Shown here: piece after piece, positions 9,580 through 17,131 of the stretch | Layout of the letters: each line of letters begins with the position of its first letter | Position numbering within the stretch: position 1 is the first letter of the stretch | Assembly (NCBI GenBank): GCA_019894975.1 | Contig: JAGXNO010000052.1 | Coordinates: forward strand, 1 to 20,770 | Length of the DNA: 20,770 bases | Reading direction: 5' to 3' | Origin: Promethearchaeota archaeon | GTDB lineage: Archaea > Asgardarchaeota > Lokiarchaeia > Sigyniarchaeales > SOKP01 | Program-made: the position numbers and the translations under genes | Notes under the pieces: model-generated | Databases searched by the model: none | What the model saw: only the letters and a program-made list of their open reading frames with translations | What the model was told of the DNA's origin: nothing

Positions 9580-10734
9580 TTAGACCTCCTTCATCAACTT
9601 CTCATAAATCAATTTAGGACTAAATGGAATGGTAGTGGGGATTGTAATACCTGAAACAGTAAACAAATGTCTAAATCTTTGGACTTCTCTGATAATCATT
9701 CCATTGTTCATCTCACTAACAATAACTTTTGAAACCCCCATTTTCCCAATTCTTTCCATTAGTTCATCAGGGAAAGGCCATAAACTTTTCAATCGAACAA
9801 GCCCCACTTTATAACCCTTTTGACGTGCTTGCTCAACTGCCTCTGGTACGCCTCTTGCATTAATACCATAAGCCAAGATAATGGTGTCAGCATCATCTAA
9901 ATATTTTTCCTCCCAATCATTAATTTGAGGTCTTGCGATTTTAATTTTGTCACAAAGTCGTTTAATGAGAACTTCTGCTGCTTCTGGGGTCATTTGGGGA
10001 TTACCCTCTATATCATGAGTTAATCCCGTAACGTAAAAAGAATATTCTGTTCCTGCTATTGCCATTCCTGGAACGAGATCATCATCAAAAGCTTCGAAAG
10101 GATTATATTTCTCAGGAGGAACTTGAGGTTTTTTACGCTCCACCAATTCAATATTTGAATGAATATGAACAATCTCCATCATTTGTCCTAAGATTCCATC
10201 TGAAGCTACAATTACAGGTAATCGATATTTCTCTGATAAATTAAATGCACGTATGGTTAAATCATACATTTCCTGAACTGTGGAAGGGGCTAATACAATT
10301 ATTTCATAATCTCCATGAGAGGAGTATCTCGTTTGGTATACATCAGATTGAGAGGCATTTGTAGGCTGTCCTGTACTAGGCCCTCCTCTCATAATTGTGA
10401 CAATAACCATGGGTGCTTCTAACATAATTCCCAAACCTATACTTTCAGCCATAAGTGAAAGACCTGGCCCTGAAGTGGCAGTCATAGCTTTCTTTCCTGC
10501 AAAAGAGGCTCCAAAACAACTTGTAATTGAAGCTAGCTCATCTTCCATTTGAACAAAAGTTCCATTTACCTGGGGAAGACGTCTTGACATATAAGCAGCA
10601 ATTTCTGAAGATGGTGTTATAGGATACCCCGCAAAATATAAACATCCTGCTGTTATCGCACCTTCCGCACTTGCATTGTTACCAGTAGTAAGGATTCTTC
10701 TTTCTTCAAAGGATGCATTACTCATTATTTCCAC
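9580..10734 (-). CDS. korA: 2-oxoacid:ferredoxin oxidoreductase alpha subunit, KorA-like
   Basis: GYPITPSSEI, QMEDELAS, TATSGPGLSLM, RGGPSTG and LWPFP. The start may be ATG 10725, which follows GGAGGGTGG. Confidence 0.93.
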   Translation of the reverse strand: MEIMSNASFEERRILTTGNNASAEGAITAGCLYFAGYPITPSSEIAAYMSRRLPQVNGTFVQMEDELASITSCFGASFAGKKAMTATSGPGLSLMAESIGLGIMLEAPMVIVTIMRGGPSTGQPTNASQSDVYQTRYSSHGDYEIIVLAPSTVQEMYDLTIRAFNLSEKYRLPVIVASDGILGQMMEIVHIHSNIELVERKKPQVPPEKYNPFEAFDDDLVPGMAIAGTEYSFYVTGLTHDIEGNPQMTPEAAEVLIKRLCDKIKIARPQINDWEEKYLDDADTIILAYGINARGVPEAVEQARQKGYKVGLVRLKSLWPFPDELMERIGKMGVSKVIVSEMNNGMIIREVQRFRHLFTVSGITIPTTIPFSPKLIYEKLMKEV

Positions 10735-11005
10735 CCTCCTTATTTTCTGTTTCTAAAATATATAATGAAACTGTTGGACATAACCTTTCACATTGCCCAC
10801 ATCCTGCACATTCTTCAGGTTTAACAACGATTGCATAGTGAAGCATGCGACTATTGAATTTATCTTCACTTATCTCGATTAAATCTTTTGGACAGAATGA
10901 CAAACATAATTCACAACCATCACATCGTTCAGAATCAATAATAATTTCATATTTCTTCTCACGTGAGGGAGGTGGTAAAATTGGTGTGCGTTTAGATTTT
11001 AACAT
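10718..11005 (-). CDS. korD: 2x[4Fe-4S] ferredoxin (oxidoreductase delta subunit)
   Basis: CDGCELCLSFCP and CAGCGQCERLCP. Overlaps the korA start. Confidence 0.9.
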   Translation of the reverse strand: MLKSKRTPILPPPSREKKYEIIIDSERCDGCELCLSFCPKDLIEISEDKFNSRMLHYAIVVKPEECAGCGQCERLCPTVSLYILETENKEGGNNE

Positions 11006-11199
11006 TTTTAAATCCTCTAGTATACATACACTTCAGATTACATTTTTTTCTCTTATGCTTTAAAATTGTAGGTTCTCTTTTAAATTTGCTTTTTCCAAGT
11101 ATAAGTAACCCATTAAAAAGTGTACTATTCTTAGTAAACTGCCTTGTTGAGAGATTAAATGATCATTTTAGAAATTATCGTTGAAAAAAATACCTAATA

Positions 11200-11763
11200 C
11201 TAAGATTTATCTATTAATTCTTGATAGAGAGCTTGACCAAGTTGATAACTTTGAATATTAATGTCTCTAAACCGTTTTGGCATATTATTTAAAACTTTAT
11301 CGTAATATTCTTCTTTTAAATCAATATTTCCATTGTCTTTAAGAAATTGAGAAAGAAGTCCTAAGCAAAGAATATTCGCGCTCTTAGGTAATTTATTTTC
11401 ATCAGCTCGTCTCGTAATTGGAACACGGTGAATTTTACCTTCTTGGATGATTTCTTCGGCGTTTGCGATTGTATGCTCATCGATAAATGAAGATGTTTTT
11501 TCGTATATACATTCAGCGGCACGTTCGAATCCTTTTTGATCTATAGCAATAAAAATATCAGCATCTTTATCGCAAAATGGATATGAGATAGGAGCAGAGC
11601 TTAAAATAACATCACAAAAAATAGGTCCCCCCCTAACGGATGGTGTATAATCCACTGTGAGTGTTGCATAATAATCAGCTTCCATCGCAACTCGGACCAA
11701 TGTACTCCCAAGTGTTTTTATCCCCTGCCCACCGCGACCTGAAAATCGCATTCTTAATTTCAT
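11200..11763 (-). CDS. korC: 2-oxoacid:ferredoxin oxidoreductase gamma subunit
   Basis: RFSGRGGQG, YTPSVRGG, ANILCLG and INIQSYQLG. Lies upstream of the delta/alpha/beta genes. Confidence 0.88.
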   Translation of the reverse strand: MKLRMRFSGRGGQGIKTLGSTLVRVAMEADYYATLTVDYTPSVRGGPIFCDVILSSAPISYPFCDKDADIFIAIDQKGFERAAECIYEKTSSFIDEHTIANAEEIIQEGKIHRVPITRRADENKLPKSANILCLGLLSQFLKDNGNIDLKEEYYDKVLNNMPKRFRDINIQSYQLGQALYQELIDKS

Positions 11764-11886
11764 CGATATCTCAAATAATAGATTTAGCTTGATTTTTCTT
11801 ATGATTAATAATTATAAGTAAGTTAACTAACCATTACATAAATAATTAAATAGAAAAAGACAAAAAATAATAAAACTATTATGGTT

Positions 11887-13563
11887 TTAAAATATCTGAG
11901 GAGACTGATATTCTCCAAATACTTCTCGCAGTACATCACTAATTTCTTGTGTAGTTGCATAAGATTTAACGGTTTCAATCATAATCGGCATAATATTTTC
12001 AGATGATTCAGCAACTCTTTTTAATTCCTCTAATTTTTGCCTTACGAGGTTTTCATTTCGGACTTCCTTTAAATTTTTTAGTGCTTCTTTGATTCGTGTC
12101 TCAGATTCCTTATCATATTTGAATGTATCTATTTTATATTCGTCATCAGTGCAAAATACATTTACTCCGATGACTTTATCACTTCCATCATCAATCCGCT
12201 TTTGTATTCTATAAGCATTATTAAGGATCTCTTTTTGGATGAAAGCATTTTCAATAGCAACAGGCATGCCTCCCATATTATCGATTTTATCAATATATTC
12301 CAATGCTTTTTCTTCTAATGTCTTAGTCAAATGTTCAACATAATACGATCCACCTAAGGGATCAACAACATCCGTAACTCCTGTTTCGAAAGCAAGTACC
12401 TGTTGGGTTCGTAATGAAAGTCTAGCTGAGTCTTCAGTGGGAAGAGATAGAGCCTCATCAGCCCCACAAGTATGAAGAGATTGAGTTCCTCCCAATATAG
12501 CTGCTAATGACTGAACTGTAGCTCTAATAATATTAACTTGAGGTTGTTGGGCTGTTAGTGTGCTCCCACAAGTATGAATGTGAAACCTTAACCTTAAAGA
12601 GTTAGGATTTTTAGCATTAAAGCGATTCTTCATAAGGTTCGCCCATATTCTTCTGGCAGCTCTTAATTTCGCGATCTCCTCAAAGAAATTATTATGAATT
12701 GTGAAAAAGAATGATAATCTAGGAGCAAAATCATCAATATCAACACCTCTCTTGAGAACCTCTTCAACATATGAAATTCCGTCAGCTAAAGTAAACGCTA
12801 ATTCATGAACGGCATTACTCCCAGCATCGCGCATATGGTAACCGCATATACTGATTGCATTAAACCTAGGTAAATATTTAGAACAATATTCTATTACATC
12901 TGCGGTTAATCTTAAAGATGGCTTAGGAGGATAAATATATGCTCCTCTTGCAACATATTCTTTCAAAATATCATTTTGAAGCGTGCCGGTTAATCGTTCT
13001 TGCTTAACACCATTCTTTTCTCCAATCGCAATATACATTGCTAATATCATTGCTGTTGGTGCATTTATAGTCATACTGGTTGAAATTTTATCCAACTCTA
13101 TATCTTTAAATACTTTTTCAAAATCCTTTAATGAATTAACAGTGACACCGATTCGGCCAACTTCACCCAGACAAATTTCTGAATCTGAATCCAAACCCAT
13201 TTGAGTAGGAAGATCAAAAGCGATTGAAAGTCCTTTTTGTCCCTGCGATATTAGATACTTAAATCGTTCATTAGTTTTACTCGCGTCAGCAAAACCACTA
13301 TATTGTCTCATAGACCAAATTCTTCCTCTGTACATGTTTGGATACACACCTCTAGTGAAAGGTGGTACCCCTGGGAATCCAAGGTCTTCTAGGTAATCAA
13401 CATTTTCAACATCCTCTGGTCCATATACATGTTTTAGAGGAATTCCAGAAGGTGTTTCAAATTTTTCTTGTCTTTCACCTCTTCCCGTAAATTTAGATAA
13501 CTCTTTTTCTTCCCATTCTAACCTTTTGGTTTTTATTTTTTCGAGTTCTTTATCAGATACCAT
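11887..13563 (-). CDS. Methylmalonyl-CoA mutase family large (substrate-binding) subunit
   Basis: PGVPPFTRGVYPNMY, RQYSGF, GLSIAFDLPTQMGLDSD, QNDILKEYVAR, GYHMRDAG, FFEEIAKLRAARR, GGTQSLHT and DPLGGSY. No B12-binding DxHxxG domain. RBS GAGGAG upstream. Confidence 0.95.
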   Translation of the reverse strand: MVSDKELEKIKTKRLEWEEKELSKFTGRGERQEKFETPSGIPLKHVYGPEDVENVDYLEDLGFPGVPPFTRGVYPNMYRGRIWSMRQYSGFADASKTNERFKYLISQGQKGLSIAFDLPTQMGLDSDSEICLGEVGRIGVTVNSLKDFEKVFKDIELDKISTSMTINAPTAMILAMYIAIGEKNGVKQERLTGTLQNDILKEYVARGAYIYPPKPSLRLTADVIEYCSKYLPRFNAISICGYHMRDAGSNAVHELAFTLADGISYVEEVLKRGVDIDDFAPRLSFFFTIHNNFFEEIAKLRAARRIWANLMKNRFNAKNPNSLRLRFHIHTCGSTLTAQQPQVNIIRATVQSLAAILGGTQSLHTCGADEALSLPTEDSARLSLRTQQVLAFETGVTDVVDPLGGSYYVEHLTKTLEEKALEYIDKIDNMGGMPVAIENAFIQKEILNNAYRIQKRIDDGSDKVIGVNVFCTDDEYKIDTFKYDKESETRIKEALKNLKEVRNENLVRQKLEELKRVAESSENIMPIMIETVKSYATTQEISDVLREVFGEYQSPQIF

Positions 13564-13585
13564 TTTGATTTCTCCTCATTACATA

Positions 13586-13942
13586 TTATGAAATTGGTTC
13601 AAAAACATAAGTATATATCTCCTTACCATCCAAATTATCGCATATTTTTGTGTATGTAGGTTTTAATTCCATTCCAATTTTTAAATTTTCTTGAGTCGTT
13701 ATCTGACCTAGTGCTTTTACGCTATTTTCAAATTCAACAATCCCAAGTGCATATGAAGGATTTTCTCTAAACTCAGCAGGAGGTGCTTTTAAAATAGTAA
13801 ATGTAAGTAGTTTACATATTCCTGAAGCAGTTATATCTTCAAATTTATCATTTTTACAATTTAAACATCTTAAGTGAGATTTGTGTTGTAAATACCCACA
13901 TTTTTTGCATTTCACACTTGTAATCTTTTCCTCTCTTTCCAA
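13586..13942 (-). CDS. DUF35-type zinc-ribbon plus OB-fold protein (acyl-CoA associated)
   Basis: CKKCG...RCLNC zinc ribbon, then LLTFT....P..F....YALGIVE.....LGQI.....LKIGM.L, typical of the DUF35 OB fold. TTG start. Confidence 0.85.
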   Translation of the reverse strand: MEREEKITSVKCKKCGYLQHKSHLRCLNCKNDKFEDITASGICKLLTFTILKAPPAEFRENPSYALGIVEFENSVKALGQITTQENLKIGMELKPTYTKICDNLDGKEIYTYVFEPIS

Positions 13943-14002
13943 TGTTATCCCATCTTCTCAAGCAATTATTATTATAAAATATTTATTAATATTAATATAC
14001 TC

Positions 14003-14563
14003 TCAATCGTTATTCTGTTTCGATAATTTTTTGTATTTATTATACAACATTTCACATTGTTCATTAAATGCTCTAAAAACGATTTGTTCGCTTTCTATTG
14101 AAGTTATGTAATACCTGGCAAAATTATATATCCTGGCAATTTCTCGAATATCTGAATTATAGAGAGTATCATCATAATCCAAATTTAATATATTCCCAAA
14201 TAGAATTATTGGAATATCCCCACAATATTTTCTTATATCATCATTCCAATTTGAAACATTATTAAGGCTTTCAATTCCAACTTTGGTATCCTCAAGACTA
14301 TATACAATGATTGCTGCTTTACTATTATTGAAAAAAGACGGGCGTAAGAAATGGAACTGGTTTTGGCCCGCGATGTCCCAAAATATTAATCTAACTTTAT
14401 CGTCTCCAATTTTTTTATCAAACACAGAAAATTGTGCCCCAATTGTCTTAACATAGTCCTTTTCAAAAGATCCTGTTGTGAACTTCTTAAGAAGCGGGGT
14501 CTTTCCTACACCCCCATCTCCTATAACTGATACCTTGAAACGAAATTTTCTGCCTTCGTACAC
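14003..14563 (-). CDS. Rab-like small GTPase paralog with degenerate G4/G5 motifs
   Basis: G1 GDGGVGKT, G2 KTIG and G3 WDIAGQ are intact. G4 reads NILN and G5 reads TSIE. Clearly paralogous to 19805-20350. GTG start. Confidence 0.85.
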   Translation of the reverse strand: MYEGRKFRFKVSVIGDGGVGKTPLLKKFTTGSFEKDYVKTIGAQFSVFDKKIGDDKVRLIFWDIAGQNQFHFLRPSFFNNSKAAIIVYSLEDTKVGIESLNNVSNWNDDIRKYCGDIPIILFGNILNLDYDDTLYNSDIREIARIYNFARYYITSIESEQIVFRAFNEQCEMLYNKYKKLSKQNND

Positions 14564-14592
14564 ATTTTTCCTCTTAAGGTAATTTTTAATTC

Positions 14593-14698
14593 TTAAAAAT
14601 TCGATAACCTAAAATCAATCCAACTATATTTAGGTTTACAGCACGAACTCTATTTAGAGTTCTAAGCTAACACGAAGTTAGTTAATATCGAATCTTAA
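14593..14698 (-). ncRNA. Candidate structured RNA or cis-element (four-way junction) upstream of the degenerate GTPase
   Basis: Closing stem 14599-14606/14686-14693 (ATTCGATA/TATCGAAT) encloses three hairpins: 14607-14635, 14645-14662 and 14667-14681. No family recognised. Confidence 0.35.
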
Positions 14699-14725
14699 TA
14701 TCCAATTAATAGACGATTAGAAATT

Positions 14726-14962
14726 TTATTGTATAAAGATCTCGGATATTAGAGATTCTAGAGCCGGTAAATCCTCTAATTTAACAACTCGACTTGTATT
14801 ATAGTAAAAGTTTAAAGTCTTCCAAATTGAGGTGTTTTTTTTTATTTTTTCTGTAAATTGAGTCAACTTCTGCTTAGCGATATAGGTTTGTCCTTTGAAT
14901 AAATAGCATATTGAAAACTTTTCAACAGTTTGCAGGAGGATCATATAGTCACCAAATTCCAC
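14726..14962 (-). pseudogene. Truncated tandem paralog (or small stand-alone ORF) of the C-terminal longin-like region of the TPR protein
   Basis: 60 of 77 residues are identical, by manual alignment, to the last 77 aa of 14981-17026. GTG start lies 18 nt after the TPR stop. The N-terminal strands and helix of the domain are missing. Confidence 0.7.
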
Positions 14963-14980
14963 TTTTGCTTATAACTCACT

Positions 14981-17026
14981 CTACTTAATAAAAATGTTTG
15001 AAATTAAAGATTCGAGAGAAGGTAGCTCTTCCAATTTAACTACACGGCTAGTGTTATAGAAAACATTCAGTGTATGCCATATCGATGTGTCTTTTTTAAT
15101 ATTTTCTGTAAACTGAGATAATTTTTGTTTGGCAATATTTGTTTGTCCCTTAAATAAATAACATATTGAGAATTGCTCTACAGTTCGCATAAGGATCATA
15201 AATTCACCAAATTTAATACGATCTAAACCTTTTGAAAATAGTTCTCCAATAAACGAATTGAAAGCCGCTAAAAAACCACCCATAAGATCTTCTTCAAATA
15301 TATGATTTTTCTCAAATTGCTTGGAGAATAGAGGAAATCCACCCTGACCGATAATCAGGAGCAATACTGGGACCTCAGGAGTTATTAAAGGAGGATCGAT
15401 AGTACTTTTTCCTTGCATACGATCTACTACCCCATTAAAGGCAGCTAATTTTATACGTTCTGACATAGGAGCATCCGTTTTTTTAAGAATGTCCCATTCA
15501 TTCAAATGGTCTAATAAATTATCATGCTCGGATGAAATTTTTAAGGCTAATAAGGTAAGGCCCTGTAATTCTGCGATCCGTTGAGCTTGGGTTAATAATT
15601 GCTTTGCTTTATCAAAATCGATCTGAATTAGAGCTACCTTTGCTTGTAATAATTTAGTATCAGCTAACCAAGAATACGCATTTTGTTTTTCTGCAATTTC
15701 ATAGATTTTATCAATTAAAGGCATTATTTCATCTAAAACTTCAATGTTGTTTGTGAATTTTAATTCTTCCAAGAAAAGTTCGCATAAGTTTACCAGTGCT
15801 AATTGATATAATACGGGGGTCTCAATTTCTTTTTCAGTGAATTTCTTTAGCAATAATTCGGCTTCTGTAAGATTTCGAATTCGACCACTATTTTTCATTA
15901 CTAATGCCTTTGATATTAGGAAAACATTTTTAAAAACTGTACTTTCTGTGTGATTACTAAATTGCTCTAATTGTTTTAGATAAATTCTTGCTTGATCAAT
16001 AGCATTATTATCTAGATTTGTTCGAATTAAATGAAAGAGCGAAGCTTGTATTCCATATGTTGAATTAGTTTTTTCAGAAAGTTCTAAACTAGACTTGAGA
16101 TGTTTTACAGCAAGATCAAATTCTCCTTTTGCTCTGAAGGTTGTCGCAATTCCATAATTACTCATAATTAAATGTTCATCATATTTTTCTTTCTGGGCTA
16201 AATTAGCTTCTCTTTTACGATATTTTATAACTCTATCCAATTGACCTCTGTTTGAATAAACCATTGCTAAAAGATCGAATACTTCCAGTTTAGTAAGAAC
16301 ACTAATTTCATTGATCTTTAAACATTGTCTTCCTAATTTTAAAGCTTGATCAAAATCTCCTCTGACAAAATAGCTAGTTCCAACTAGATGTAAACTTTTA
16401 GCAATTCCAGATTGATTATTGAGTTCTTCTTGAATTTTTAAACTCTTTAATGCGTAGTCTAAACCTGAATGAGAGTCACTTTTATAAAGATGCAAGGTTC
16501 CTAAGTGATGGTAAATGTTAGACAGGTCGAGATTTCTATTTAAATTTTGTTGTATTAATAAACATTCTTTTGCTAATTCAAACGCTTCATTTATTTCACC
16601 TTTAGATCGATAAATTTCAGATTTTAGTAATAAAAGGATCGCTTGCTGTCTAGAATAATTAAAACTCGAATCATCTATAATTGATTTAAACATTCTTTCA
16701 GCATCTATGATAATACTTAAAGATTCTTCTCTATCACCTAAATATATTACATGAGCTTTGAGAATAAGAGCTTCAACAGATTCAAGGGCAAGGTCTAATT
16801 TTTGACTAAGTTGATAGGCAACTTCTCCAATTTTTATACCTTTTTTATATTGTCCTTTATAACAATATATTCTCCCTTCTAATATTAATCCCCAGAGCTT
16901 CTCCATCGAGTCTTGGTTTAAATTTATGGTCAAATTTGAAATTAAATCGATTGCATCATCAAATTTAGCTTGGTAAATTAACTCTTCAGCCTGAGAATAT
17001 TCCTCTGGTTTTATAATAGACTCCAT
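14981..17026 (-). CDS. Tetratricopeptide-repeat protein with a C-terminal longin-like domain
   Basis: Multiple TPR-like helices (e.g. SLHLVGTSYFVRGDFDQALKLGRQCL, YGIATTFRAKGEFDLAVKHLKSSLEL). The C-terminal ~130 aa has a beta-beta-alpha-beta-beta-beta-alpha pattern (PVLLLIIGQGGFPLFSKQF..DLMGGFLAAFNSF..ELFSKGLDRIKFGEFMILM..FSICYLFKG). The longin assignment is by pattern only. Confidence 0.8.
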   Translation of the reverse strand: MESIIKPEEYSQAEELIYQAKFDDAIDLISNLTINLNQDSMEKLWGLILEGRIYCYKGQYKKGIKIGEVAYQLSQKLDLALESVEALILKAHVIYLGDREESLSIIIDAERMFKSIIDDSSFNYSRQQAILLLLKSEIYRSKGEINEAFELAKECLLIQQNLNRNLDLSNIYHHLGTLHLYKSDSHSGLDYALKSLKIQEELNNQSGIAKSLHLVGTSYFVRGDFDQALKLGRQCLKINEISVLTKLEVFDLLAMVYSNRGQLDRVIKYRKREANLAQKEKYDEHLIMSNYGIATTFRAKGEFDLAVKHLKSSLELSEKTNSTYGIQASLFHLIRTNLDNNAIDQARIYLKQLEQFSNHTESTVFKNVFLISKALVMKNSGRIRNLTEAELLLKKFTEKEIETPVLYQLALVNLCELFLEELKFTNNIEVLDEIMPLIDKIYEIAEKQNAYSWLADTKLLQAKVALIQIDFDKAKQLLTQAQRIAELQGLTLLALKISSEHDNLLDHLNEWDILKKTDAPMSERIKLAAFNGVVDRMQGKSTIDPPLITPEVPVLLLIIGQGGFPLFSKQFEKNHIFEEDLMGGFLAAFNSFIGELFSKGLDRIKFGEFMILMRTVEQFSICYLFKGQTNIAKQKLSQFTENIKKDTSIWHTLNVFYNTSRVVKLEELPSLESLISNIFIK

Positions 17027-17131
17027 TTTTGAATGTTTTAATTAAATTTTGGTTTTCGCTAGATTTTAGTGATATTTTTAATCTATCTGAGACAAAAGAA
17101 GAATTATTAATTTAAAAGTTTATTTAACCAA

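Noticed and set aside
14593-14698. tRNA gene
   Set aside because: The topology is cloverleaf-like, but arm lengths and loops do not fit. There is no D-loop GG, no 7-nt anticodon or T loop, and it is too AT-rich. Kept only as an unknown structured element.
14963-14983. Stop-codon readthrough (pyrrolysine) fusing the TPR protein to the in-frame duplicate
   Set aside because: The TAG is followed four codons later by an in-frame TAA (14969-14971).
14726-15215. Diversity-generating retroelement TR/VR pair
   Set aside because: Mismatches involve all bases and cluster at third codon positions rather than at adenines of one copy. There is no reverse transcriptase in the window.
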